Source of the DNA: Mustelus asterias
Taxonomy: Eukaryota
Reading direction: 5' to 3'
Length of the DNA stretch: 64,000 bases
Assembly: GCF_964213995.1 (NCBI RefSeq)
Contig: NW_027590163.1
Span: 496,001-560,000 of the forward strand
The position numbers and the translations under genes are program-made. Every line of letters starts with the position of its first letter. Positions within the stretch are counted from its first letter, which is position 1. A model generated the notes under the pieces. That model did no database searches. It saw only the letters and a program-made list of their open reading frames with translations, and was not told where the DNA came from. Positions 1-11,612 of the stretch are shown here, piece after piece.

Positions 1-82
1 CTGTTTCCAACAGCGAGACACACACTGACGCTGGAATACATTCCCATGATCTCGGGCGCCGACCACAATCAGTGTAACAGTT

Positions 83-352
83 ATAGAAACAAAAAGCAGG
101 AGTGGGCCATTCGGCCCTTCTAGCCTGCTCCGCCATTCATTTTGATCATGACTGATCACCAAATTCAATATCCTCACCCCACCCCCCTCACTTCCCCCCC
201 ATATTCCTTGACCCCCCCCCCCCCTTTAGCCCCAAGACCTATATCTAATTCCTTCTTAAAATCAGACAACGGTTTGGCCTCAACTATTTTATCTGGTAGT
301 GAATGGCACAGATTCACCAATCTCTGTGCGAAGAAATTTCTCCTGTGTTTTC
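83..352 (-). mobile_element. CR1/HER1-type LINE 3' fragment
   Basis: atagaaac...caggagtgggccattcggccc...cctgctccgccattc is the reverse complement of the CR1 3' end that recurs throughout the window. Confidence 0.7.
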
Positions 353-1012
353 AATAAATGATTAGAATCTGACGAACACTGAGTAACAGAGTAAATGATC
401 TCTCAGGATAGGTTTGGTGTGTTCTGGGCACAGGAACTGTTGGTAAGAAATTCGACTGAATGCAAAAACCTAATTGAGAACAGCGTCGCAAAGTTTCTTA
501 AGCACAGCGTTTATTGCCAATAAACGCTGGCTTAGCCAGCGACGGCAAACTTCCAAAAACGTTTTTTTTAAAAAAATGCGATAACCATCAGAAGCTTTGG
601 GGGGAAATCCGAAAACACCGGATAAGTCTTTATGCTCAGATAAAGACTTCGTTCATTTATCCCCTGCATTTCTCTGAGTGTTATTCACCGGTTGTTACAT
701 ATACCTGTGCTCTGTATCTCCTTTAACGGCTGGAACACAATATCTAATATTTTTTCTCAGCATTTCTATCACAACTTATTTAACTTACGGTGTCGTATAT
801 ATCTTCCAGACATATCTTTACGTTATGTTCAAAATGTGTTTGATGTAAATAGCACAGTGGAACCCTCCCCCGCTGCTGCACCTGTTTCTTTCCGCTTGTT
901 ACTAATTTGGATTTATTTTGGATCAGAAAAACAGTTGATAGTTTCAGAGAGCAAAGATTCCATCCTCACCCGCGCGCTCAAATCGCTATTCCCTTTGTCA
1001 CACTGGGCAGTG

Positions 1013-1391
1013 TTTTTTTGCACGACACTCCCTCCGATTCATAGAATCATAGAAACCCCTACAGTGCAGAAGGAGGCCATTCGGCCCATCGAGTCTGCAC
1101 CGACCACAATCCCACCCAGGCCCTATCCCCACATATTCACCCGCTAATCCCTCTAACCTACGCATCCCAGGACTCTAAGGGGCAATTTTTAAACCTGACC
1201 AATCAACCTAACCCGCACATCTTTGGACTGTGGGAGGAAACCGGAGCACCCGGAGGAAACCAACGCAGACACGAGGAGAATGTGCAAACTCCACACAGAC
1301 AGTGACCCGAGCCGGGAATCGAACCCGGGACCCTGGAGCTGTGAAGCAGCAGTGCTAACCACTGTGCTACCGTGCCGCCCCTGTCACTGTG
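1013..1391 (-). promoter_or_regulatory. Disrupted 23-RSS of V pseudogene 1
   Basis: Heptamer CACAGTG at 1391-1385. Removing the SINE joins 4 nt (1384-1381) and 19 nt (1040-1022) into a 23-nt spacer, followed by degenerate nonamer GCAAAAAAA (1021-1013). Confidence 0.75.
1041..1380 (-). mobile_element. HE1-type tRNA-derived SINE, full length, inserted in an RSS spacer
   Basis: Minus strand reads GGGCGGCACGGTAGCACAGTGGTTAGCACTG...GGTTCGATTCCC (A/B boxes), then a CR1-like tail ending ttctatgattctat. Confidence 0.9.
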
Positions 1392-1914
1392 TCTCTCAGT
1401 CCACAGTAATACACCGCACTGCCAGACAGCAGTGGATGGTGAAATTCCTCTCGCTTTTCCAGATGTCAATAGATGCAGAAATTCGGGTCCCCACTCCCTC
1501 TGCCCTGAAAACATCTCTATAATTAGAATTGAATACCTAGAACGTTGGTGCTTTCCCCCAGTACTGCCCGTACCGTTGAAAAGAATATGTATCATCAGTG
1601 GTTGAATAGCTGAAATCAATTGTCATCGATACTTCATCGAACTTCATCGCTGTAACTGGTCGCTGGGAGACAGAATCTGCACCATTCAGACCTGCAAAAG
1701 AATAGAATTACGAAATTTAACTCACTATTATCACTTTGTTAGAAAAACAATGTGATCAGGGTAATTGAATACATTACGAATAGAGGGAAAACACCATTGA
1801 AAGGGAAGATATCTATATCATTATCATGAGCAAGCTGGAACTTATAAAACTTGTGAACTTACCCCTTCAGTGCGTTGAAGCTGTGAGGAATGAATAAAGA
1901 TTAACACACAGCAT
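1392..1914 (-). pseudogene. TCR alpha/delta V segment pseudogene (leader 1914-1863, V exon 1691-1392)
   Basis: Leader MLCVNLYSFLTASTH*R then gtaag; acceptor ttttgcag; V exon reads ADSVSQRPVTAMKFDEVSMTIDFSYSTTDDTYSFQRYGQYWGKAPTF*...(frameshift)...LSGSAVYYCGLR. First Cys and Trp are lost; stops present. Confidence 0.85.
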
Positions 1915-2104
1915 GCTCACAGAGCTGATGCTGGATCTGAACTCAGTGAGTTCGAAATGCTTTAGTTCAGAGTTCATAAAATGTTGAGTAATATCCGGCC
2001 TCACTCGCGATTGCTTTATTCCTGACTGACAGAGCCAGCAGGACACAGCTCCTTTGTCCTACATTTCATCCAATCAGCTCAGAATGTCTTTGTTCGCTAA
2101 TCCA

Positions 2105-2112
2105 TGACGTCA
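2105..2112. promoter_or_regulatory. CRE (TGACGTCA) in V-segment promoter
   Basis: Perfect palindrome about 190 bp upstream of the leader ATG, CCAAT at about 2069; the same arrangement occurs at the next V. Confidence 0.6.
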
Positions 2113-2669
2113 GAACGAGGAGCTGGAACCATTGGAATCTGTTCTCAGGACAATGAAGTGGACAGAAAAACATCAGAGAATAGGGAGCAGGAGCTGGAAT
2201 GGACCATTTCCTCCTCCTTTATGGACTGCTGCGGAATTCAATATCATCATGGTTGATGCACCTCACATCCATCTTGCTGCAGAACCTCCAAGTTACTTTT
2301 TTCCCTGAATAGCCACAATCTATCAATTGCCTGATAGAAAACTGAACGACTGAACAACCAAGGCTCTCTGTGACACAGAAAGGACATTTAAGTGAATTTC
2401 GTTCATCCTAAGGAGTTAAACTTTGAGAAATGGCACTGATGGGTATTGGAAAATTTTGGGATAGAAACGCCAGATTCTCCCATTGAGAACTGCTCCGAAA
2501 CCGGAAATTACCTGAAAGAGGGATTTTCAATCGAATGACACGCATTCAGCACCACAGAAAGAGATCGTTCTGGCCAGCTGTAGATTCTTATAAGACTTTG
2601 TTTATATTGACAATTCACAATCTCTGTCACAGATCTAATTGAGTGAGAGGAAGTGAGAGTGCCTTTGCT

Positions 2670-2708
2670 GGTTTTTGTGCGGGCTGCCTGTGCCTCTGTA
2701 ACACTGTG
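2670..2708 (-). promoter_or_regulatory. Canonical 23-RSS
   Basis: CACAGTG (2708-2702) + 23 nt + ACAAAAACC (2678-2670), perfect consensus. Confidence 0.97.
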
Positions 2709-3146
2709 GGGTTCAGCGCACAGTGATACACGGCAGAGTCAGAGACTCGGACCCCGGTGATATTTAAAGGAACTGTTTTCTTGTCTTGGTCCAAATCAGC
2801 AGAAAACCGGTTGGAGAAATCTGAAGACCTTTCTCCGTCCCCCGTGCTATATATATTCAGTAAATATCTGGGAGCTTCCCCGGGATACTGGACGTACCAG
2901 AAGAGAGTCGGGATAAACATTTTTGTTATGTAACTGCAATTCAATATTACCATATGTCCTTCCTCAACCGTTAATTCCGTTGGCACCTGGGAAACTGAAT
3001 CTTGGCTACTGGTTCCTGTAACAACATATAGAATGTGTGAGAAATCTGTGAGTAAATATAACTCATGAAACGCACACTGAGGATTTTAGCTCAGACTCAC
3101 CGGACAGCATGACTATTATTATCAGTAAAGCACACAGGGGAAACAT
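2709..3146 (-). CDS. TRAV: Intact TCR alpha/delta variable segment (leader 3146-3101, intron 3100-3016, V exon 3015-2709)
   Basis: Leader MFPLCALLIIIVMLSG, phase-1 gt..ag intron, V domain DSVSQ...LNCSY...LFWYVQYPGEAPRYLL...DSAVYHCALNP, perfect 23-RSS. Confidence 0.9.
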
Positions 3147-3279
3147 GTTTCCCGATTAGACAGTAAACAGCGACACTGTTCAAAATATTTTGTTCTTTCT
3201 CGTCTTATATCACAGAGTCAACTCAGATCAGAGGCAGCTTCAATTATTGGGAAAGTGGGTTTTTATTCTCAGTGCTGCA

Positions 3280-3320
3280 ATTGGCTGGCCTCCCTGAGAT
3301 GACGTCAGCTCTGGACCAAT
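3280..3320. promoter_or_regulatory. V promoter: CRE TGACGTCA (3300-3307) flanked by ATTGG/CCAAT
   Basis: About 155 bp upstream of the leader ATG; CRE-like motifs are established elements of TCR V promoters. Confidence 0.6.
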
Positions 3321-3419
3321 AACTGTTAAGCTTAAGACAGCTGACACTCCGCAATAACAGCCTCCCCCGGTTGTGTTTGCCTGGGGGACTCTCTCTGTTG
3401 CTCTGTCTCACATCACTCC

Positions 3420-3641
3420 TTCGCTCGCGGCCTTTTGGCTAATCTCAAGTGGAAGCGCTCAGGCTGGCGTCACCTAAAACGTTTTTCACCTGTAATTTTT
3501 CAAAGCCATCTCGGCCTTTTGGCGACGATGCAGCTCAGATCAAGTCCGGGAGGGAGTCCAATGCCTCATCCTGTCAGCTTGAATCTTCTTTGATCAAGCC
3601 CAAGATGAGATGTGTATTGTTTTCTTGTCAGCTTGGATCTG
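3420..3641 (+). other. U2 snRNA-derived composite fragment
   Basis: ttcgctcgcggccttttggctaatctcaagtg (3420-3451) and tctcggccttttggc...agatcaagt (3499-3545) resemble the U2 5' end; tgtgtattgttttcttgtcagcttggatctg (3611-3641) resembles the U2 branch-point region. Confidence 0.55.
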
Positions 3642-3900
3642 GTTTGTCCCTCATGTGGTAACTCTGATTGGACTTTATTGGTTTTCCTGATGAGGAATAA
3701 AGTACTAAAATGTACAAAAATCACTCATTCTGTCTCTAACTCGGTTTAACTCGCTTTCCTTCGAACATGATATCTATACTGTTCCTGAGAGCGATCATTC
3801 TCTGTAATAAAGGTGAAAGATTAAATAAATAATTCTAAATCAGTTTATTTCGCAGGCATTAATGAGGGAGCATGAACATTAATAGTTGCTGCTTTCATTA

Positions 3901-4123
3901 TGATGTGGAGTTGCCGGCGTTGGACTGGGGTACGCACAGTAAGTAGTCTCAGAACACCAGGTTAAAGTCCAACAGGTTTATTTGGTAGCACGAGCTCTCA
4001 GAGGGCCGATCTTTCATCAGGTGAGTGCCTATAATGAAGGATGATGAAGGAGCGGCGCTCCGAAACGTCGTGCTATCAAATGAACCTGTTCGACTTTAAC
4101 CTGGTGTTGTGAGGCTACTTACT
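3901..4123. mobile_element. Penelope-like element terminal fragment with inverted (fold-back) structure
   Basis: tgatgtggag(t)tgccggcgttggactgggg...caccaggttaaagtccaacagg followed by its inverted copy; same family as the GIY-YIG-bearing copy at 42888. Confidence 0.8.
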
Positions 4124-4582
4124 CTTTTAAATACAGCTGGAAAAGTATTCATCCATCTCCATATCGAGATGCAGTTCTTGAGGGATGCTCTTGTACCGTT
4201 AAAGTACTAATTTCAGTCAGTCACTATTTTAACCCAGAAACTCTGTGACAACTCTGAGTGTGCCTTTGATATTGTGTCACTTTTAAACCGTGTTCCCTGA
4301 CAGAGAATCACATGATACAAAAAGTTTAAATGTACAAATAGATTAACTTGTTTGCTCGGGAGATCTGCGAGTTGTGTGAATGGGATCAGGAAATGATTGG
4401 ATTTGATCCAGGATTAATCTGAGCGCCAAATATCAGCGTTCCCAGCAGTGATAATCATTGATCTCACCGAGGGAAAACCACTCACTTGCGGCTCAATGCC
4501 GCGTTCATTATCTATACCTTTTCTATGAAATTCAAACCCATATGTTTTCCTGACACCGAACACTTGGTTGCCGACCTATCCC

Positions 4583-4621
4583 GCTTTGGGTATGAGGCCC
4601 GCGGGAGCCTCATTCACTGTG
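4583..4621 (-). promoter_or_regulatory. 23-RSS with degenerate nonamer
   Basis: CACAGTG (4621-4615) + 23 nt + ACCCAAAGC. Confidence 0.75.
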
Positions 4622-5344
4622 GGTCTCAGTGCACAGTAACACACGGCGCTGTCTGTCATCTTCAAATACATGAAGAAGTCTCACAACACCAGGTTAAAGT
4701 CCAACAGGTTTATTGGCAGCACTAGCTTTCGAAGTCTCAGGCACCTTCATCAGGTGAATGACTCACTCACTCACTCACCCGATGAAGGAGCCTGAGACTC
4801 CGAAAGTTAGTGCTGCCAAGTAAATCTGTTGGACTTTAACCTGTTGTTGTGAGACTTCTTACTGTGCTTACCCCAGTCCAACGCCGGCATCTCCACATCA
4901 CCTTCAAATACTTCATGGACAAGTGAAAAGTACTTCGTTTCTGGTTGCGATTCCCGCTGAAATTTTCGAAGCCGGGAGCTGTCTTCTTATACCCATAACT
5001 ATCGGCTCGGAGCAGATACTGAGGAGCTTGTTGTGGATACTGGTGATACCAGAACAGGCCATATTCTCTAGCTGAACTCGGTACAGAGTAACTGCAAGGT
5101 GTTGCTGAATCATCACCCTCAGCTGCTTCAACTCCTGGTTCTGACTGGGACAATGAGTCACCGTTACTCATCTCTGAAAATAAACAGCGGGCACACAGTA
5201 CGTGAGGAGTAAGAGGAAGAGTTTAATCACCCAGAGAGGGGAAAAGGAAATTGCACAGGAATCGCAATATATTCTAAGAAGATTCCAGTTTCACTGACCT
5301 GTGTTCAGGATAAAAACCAAAGTCAGGAATATTTTGACCACCAT
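4622..5344 (-). pseudogene. TCR alpha/delta V segment disrupted by a Penelope insertion (leader 5344-5299, V exon 5173-4622)
   Basis: Leader MVVKIFLTLVFILNTG then gtcagt; V exon DSLSQ...PCSYS...LFWYHQYPQQAPQYLL...LSMKYLK | MTDSAVCYCALR + RSS. Confidence 0.88.
4670..4901. mobile_element. Penelope-like fold-back insertion in V exon
   Basis: Inverted arms; 10-bp target duplication cttcaaatac at 4660-4669 and 4902-4911. Confidence 0.85.
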
Positions 5345-5523
5345 GGCTCCAGGCTGAAATCCAGAAGCAGAAACAACAATCTCTGTCTGTACCGGACCTG
5401 AAAATTGAAAGAGCCAAGAAGATGTAATGCGATAGGTTAGGATTTCTTTTCCCCATAGATTTTCATATCTGCAAATAGTCACTTTCTGCAGAACGAGGCC
5501 ATAATGTTTGCTCAGTGATCAAA

Positions 5524-5539
5524 CAGCGCCCTCCCGTGG
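5524..5539 (-). promoter_or_regulatory. Putative CTCF-binding element upstream of V segment
   Basis: CCACGGGAGGGCGCTG resembles the CTCF core motif; 180 bp upstream of the leader ATG; motif match only. Confidence 0.4.
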
Positions 5540-5659
5540 ATAGTACAACCGTATTGGGAACAGATACATAACCAAGAGCCCAGATATATACAAACCGAGG
5601 AATATAGAGACCCAGAAATATCCAGCACAGCTACAAAACTCGAAAAAAGCAGCATCCAC

Positions 5660-8600
5660 ACCACATCCAACCTGTTAATACCCCTTAGAGTCTTAAAGGT
5701 TTCAATGAAGTTGCCTGTTACTTTTCTAAACTCTAGTGGATACAAACTTAACATCACAATCCTTTCCTCATAACATAACCCGCTGACACCTGGTAACCAT
5801 TTAGTAAACCTGCTCTGATTGCTTTCCAATGCATTAACATTTTTTCTTAAGATAAGAAGACAAGTACTGTACACAATCCTCCAGATGAGGCCTCACCCAT
5901 GCCCTGTACAACTGAAGCATATCCGTCTTTCTTTGCAACACATAGAAACGTACAGAAACATAGAAACTAGAAGGAGGAGTTGGTAATTCGGCCCTTCGAG
6001 TTTGCACCGCCAATCATTTTGATCATGGCTGATCATCGAATTAAATATCCTGATCCCCTCTTCCCCCCATATCCCTTGATCTCTTTAGCCCCAAAAGCTA
6101 TTCCTAATTTCCTCTTAAAATCTGACAACTTTTTGGCCTCAACTACTATCTGTGGTAATCAATTCCACACATTCACGACCTTTGGGTGAAGAAATTTGTC
6201 CTCTATTCAGTTCTTAAAGGTTTACCCCTTATCCTCAAACTATGACTCCTATTTCTGGAGTTCCCCAGCATAAGATCGTAAGACCATAAGACATAGGAGC
6301 AGAATTAGACGACTTGCCCCATGGGGTCTGCTCCGCCATTCAATCATGGTTGGGTTTTTTTCCTCATCCCCATTCTCCTGCCATTTCCCCATAAACCCTA
6401 ATCTCCTTACTAATCAAGAACATATCTATCTCTGTCTCAAAGACACTCAATGACCTGGCCTCCACAGCCTTCTGCGGCAAAGCGTTCCACAGATTCACCA
6501 ATCTCTGGCTGAAGAAATTCGCTCTCTTCCCTGCTTTAAAGGATCGGCCCTTTAGTCTGAGGTTGTGCCCTCTGGTTCTAGTTGTTCCTACTATTGGGAA
6601 CATCCTCTCTATGGTCACTCTGTCCAGGCATCGCAGTATCCTGTACGTTTCAATAAGAACCGCCCCCCCGCCCCGCCCCCTCATGTTTCTAAACTCCAAA
6701 GAGTACAGACCCAGTGTCCTCAACCGTTCCTCATAGGACAAGCGCTTCAGTCCAGGGATCATTCTTGTGTATATCCTCTGGACCCTTTCCAAGCCCAGCA
6801 CATCCTTCCTTAGATATGGGGCAGAAAGCTGCACACAATACTCCAAATGGGGTCTGACCATAGCCTTATACAGCCTCAGAAGTACATCCCTGCTCTTGTA
6901 TATTAGCCCCCTTGGCATTAATGCAAACATTGCACTTGCCTTCCTAACTGCCGACTGAACCTGCAGGTTAGCCTCAAGAGAATTTTGAACAATGATGCCC
7001 ATGTCCCTTCGTGTTTCTCATTTTCTAAGCATGTTCCCATTTAAAAAATAACCTATGACTCCATTCCTCCTTCCAAAGTGCATAACCTCACACTTTTCCA
7101 CATTGTATTCCATCTGCCACTTGTTTGCCCACTCTCCTAACCTGTCCAAGTCCTTCTGCAGCTCCCCTTGTTCCTCAATAGTCCCTGTCCTTCCACCTTT
7201 CTCTGTATCAACTGCAAACTTAGCAACAGTGCCTTCAGCTCATTCTTCCAAATCGTTAATTTATATTGTGGTCCCAGCACCGATCCCTGAGGCACACCAC
7301 GAGTCACCGGCTGCCATCCTGAAAAAAGACCACTTTACCCCCACTCTCTGCCTTCTGCCAGTCAGCCAATCCTCTATCCATGCCAGGATCTTACCCTTAA
7401 CAACATCGGGAACATTCTTTCTCAACCTACCCTGTAAATCCTGTTAGAATTTCAGAGTTTCAATGTAATACCCTCTCGCTCTTCTGAACTCCAATGAATA
7501 TAATCCTAACCAATTTATCTCTACTCAAATGACAGACCTGCCATCCCAGGAATCAGCCTTGTAAACCTTCGGTGTACTCCGTCTATAGCAAAGATATCCT
7601 GCCTCAGATAAGGACACCAACACTGCACACAATATACCAGGGGTGGCCTCACCGACGCCCTACAGAATTGCAGCAAATCATCCCTATCCTTCTGCTCAAA
7701 TCCTCTCGCTATGAAGGCCCAAATACCATTTGCCTTCTTTACTGCCTGCTGTACCTGCAAGCTAACTTTCAGCGACTGATGCACGAGGATTCGAAGGTCC
7801 CACTGTGTATCCACCTCTCCCAATTTAGACCCATTCAAGTAATAACATGCCGTCCTATCATTGCTGCCAAAGTGGGTAACCTCACACTTATCCGCAACAA
7901 ACTACATCTGCCATGCATATGCACACATTCTCCACCCGTTCAAATCACGTTGATAATATTCTTCGACCTTTTCTTCTTAATTGCTGTACCGATATATTAG
8001 CTCCTTGTGTTTCATGCACCAGGGTTGCCAGAACCCTCTGTACCTCAGAGCTCTGCAATCTCTCACCATTTAGATAGTAAGCTTATTTTATATTCTTCTT
8101 GCAAAAATGGTCAAGTCCGCATTGGCCCACATAATACACCACTTGCCAGAGCTTTGTTCACTCACTTAACCTATTTATGTCACTTTGTAGCCTCCTTACG
8201 TTCTCTTCACAGTTTACTTTCTGATCTATATTTGTGTTCTTAGTAAATTTAGCATTGATATATTCACTGTCTTCATCCAAGTCATTTACATCAATTGTAA
8301 AAAGTTCATTCCCCAACATTGAAGTCTGTGGCACTCCATTCGTCACATTCTGTACCTTGAGAAAGACTCACTTATGCTAAATCAGTGTTTCTGGTTTAAT
8401 AGCCAATCTTGCATCCATGCCAGTATGTAACCCCTTACATCATGAGCTATTAATTTATGCAATAATCATCGACGTCACCCCTCATCCAATGCCTTTGGGA
8501 AATCTAAGTACAGTTTACGCCTTCAACGACAGAATATGTGACTCCTTCAACAAACTCTAATAAATGTGTTAAGAATCATGTCCTTTTCACAAAACCATGT

Positions 8601-9850
8601 TGACCCTGCCGGATTGCCTTGAATTGTGCCCTGCTATAACGTCTTCAATAATCTCTGCTAGCATTTTCCCTGTGACGCATGTAATACTTGCTGCCCCACG
8701 GTTTCCCGCCTTCTGTCCACCTTCCTATTTGAATTAATATATTACATCTGCGATCATCCAATCCAACAGAAACTTCCCCGAAACTCGAGAATTTTGGATA
8801 TTGAAACGAATCAAAAATCTGACCAGGCATTTCTTTCAGAACCTGACGGTGAAAGCCATTCAGACCCCGGAATTTGTCAGCCAGCAGACCCAACAATTTG
8901 CTCCATACCATTTCCTGCTTACACTGATTTTCCCGAATTCGTCCCTCCACTCCATTTTCTTATTTACAGCTATTTATGTGATGTTACTTGTGTCCACTAT
9001 ATTGAAGCCCAATGTAAATACCTGTTCAATTAATGCGCCATAGCCCAGCTTTCCATTACCAATTCCCCAGGTGCTCTTTTTAATGGACCAACGCTCACGT
9101 TGTTCTATTCTTAGTTAAACTCGATATAAATTCTTACGTTTTGTACTGATATTAATAGCTCGCTGTCGCTCGCACTCCAGTGTTTCCTCACTTTTCTATA
9201 ATTCTGCCATTATTTTAAGTGCTGTATGTTCTTTCTGATCTCTTGATGTGCTACTTGTCTTTGCGCAAATTTGATTTTTCCTTTCACTTAATGATGTCTT
9301 TAACTTTTTGAAATGACCATTGATGATAGACCTCCATTGCAATTTTTCGTTCTGATTGGAATGTATTATTTTGTGTTCTGAAATATCTACACAAATGTCT
9401 GCCAATGAACCTCTATTGATCTATCGTTTAAGGACATTTTACAGCTCACTCTGCGCTTTCATGCCCTCATAATTACCCTTATTTAAGTTTAAAATAATAG
9501 TCTTGGATGCATTCTTCTCTAAGCAAACGTATTATTATCGCTGCTTCTAAGAAGTGCTTTCATCAAAAGATTATCAATTGACACTATCTCATTGCACCAT
9601 TCCAGGTCTAATATAGCCTGCTTACAGTTGGCTGCAGAATGCCTTATTCGATTAAACGATCCAGAAAAATATCTATTATTTCCTCGTCAATGGTACTTTT
9701 GCCCAGCTAATTTTTCCAAACTATATGTAGATTGAAATGCTCCATGATTATTGCTGTACCAATCTGACAAGCGCCCATTATCTCTTCTTTCTTAATCTGC
9801 CCTACATACAGTTGCATTTAGGGGGCCACGCCCACAAATGACTTATTGCC
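5660..9850 (-). mobile_element. Nested/stacked CR1 (HER1-like) LINE fragments
   Basis: ORF2 C-terminal motifs RPHLEYCVQ..APYLRKD, LGLYSLEFR, TRGHNL (6364-7002), GVPQ.SMLG..LFTI.VNDLD (8158-8346); several tails such as cataagac and catagaa. Confidence 0.85.
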
Positions 9851-10049
9851 TTTATCATTTTTTACCTCGACCAAACTGCTTCCATATCATGTTTTCCTGA
9901 TCTTAGATCATTCCTCTCTAAAGTGCGAATGTCATCATTATTTATCAGAGACAGACCATGGAGAAGGAAAAGATTGTAGCAGTCGGGAGACATTTGGAGC
10001 ACAACGGACATCGAGGTCAGTCCTTTCTTGAGTTTGATTCAATGATCGC

Positions 10050-10640
10050 AGTCACTACATTGTGAGATCTGGAATAAAAACCGAAAATGCTGGATAAGCT
10101 CAGCACGTCCGGCAGTTTCTGTGACGACAGAAAGAGTTAACCTTTCAGATATAAATGATCTTTCTACAGAACTAAATAAATTATATTGTCGGAAAGGAAA
10201 CGGAGGAGGCGGGGAAGAATAGAAAAAAAACATGGTCGGTCGACACAGCGTAAATATGGACAAATTTATCCTGGACATAAGACAAAGGGGAATCCTAATA
10301 TTGCCATGGAGGGATAAAGAATGTTAATGTTGCAAAAGGTAAGATAAATAATGATGGAACTTACGAAACAGTGGCAGGTGGCTAAGTTGGGGGAAGGATT
10401 TACTTGTATTGGTGCAGGCCAAGGGAGCAGAAAAACAACAAACAACAATCCAGAAATATTGGGGGTGGGTGTTAAAATTAAGGGTGGAAGTTTACGAACC
10501 ATAGTTCTTTAATTCAATGTTGAATCCAGTCGGCTGCTGTGTTCTGAAACGGAAGATAAAGTGTTGCTATTCCAATGTGCATTGGACATCAGTATCACAC
10601 TGCAGCAGGTCTAGGAAGGTCATGTGAGCATGAGGTCAAT
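10050..10640 (-). mobile_element. Decayed Penelope-like remnant
   Basis: aaaaccgaaaatgctggataagctcagc...tttctgtg terminus and ttcaatgttgaatcc...aaacggaagat GIY-YIG tail resemble 38945-39755. Confidence 0.5.
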
Positions 10641-11612
10641 TATCTGACATGACGATTTCCCAGTTTATATGATACTAGGTCCTTGCTCAATTATCAGGAC
10701 GATCATTTGTTGCTGATGAGCTCGATGCTAATTAAGTCCCACGACTGCATTTGTACTTCACTCGACCCTGTCTCTGATATGACTGTAAGAGGACAATATG
10801 TCTTTATATATTCCATCATACTCCATCACACCTTGGTGCTGCTCGCACTTCGTGAGGTTTTCTCTCGGTTACTATTATACTAAAAATGTTTATTTCTATA
10901 TTATGTCAACAGTGTCTCCATTTTCACTGCACTTGGTGCTATTACTTCTAAACTATGTCTCGGTAATTACTTGCCCTGATGATAAATTAATTTATATACA
11001 GCAGGCCATGTTTCAATTGTTCCTTTACTAGAAATCCTAAATTCATGGTCGGCTATTTGAAAGCCCTTTCAACGTGTGTGGTTTATCGGAACAACTAAAG
11101 TGGTGTGGTGTTCCAACAGAGCGCAGTATTTGCATGCGATGGTCTCCACCTCATGCATCCTCCCATGTTAGCGAATAGTTATTTCAAATTGTTCCATTTT
11201 AAATCTGTTTAAATTTTTGTATAACTATCGAGCACTAAACACCAGAAAGCTAACAAAGAAGCCAAACACGTCAACTGATCCGCCAACTATAGGCACATTA
11301 TGGGAGGATCGGAAGAGATGCTTTTTCATCAGAGATGGGACCTCAGCTCAGTATACAAAACGGGGTTCTGATTGATGGAGATGCCAGGACGGTGTGGGCC
11401 GAGGAGGGACTGCAGATTCTGCAGACAGCAATTCACCCACATCGGCAATGGGTTCATCTCTCTTACTAATGTAACATATGAAAGGCATGAAATCATCCTT
11501 TAATCTGTTTGTTCTCCGACCTGTTAATGAAGTGGATGTTGTAATTTAACTGTTCTTCTGGAGACTCTGACCTGGTATAAAGGAGAGTGTATTTTGCTCT
11601 TGCGCAGATAGC

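Noticed and set aside
1-47. Possible leader exon of a fourth V segment (MGMYSSVSVCLAVGN, minus strand)
   Set aside because: Cut by the window edge; no donor site or V exon visible and only weakly hydrophobic
1203-1619. ORFs with GGTVAQWLALL/CLCGVCTFS (also 12615-12860 and 63629-63871)
   Set aside because: Translations of HE1 SINE sequence, not genes
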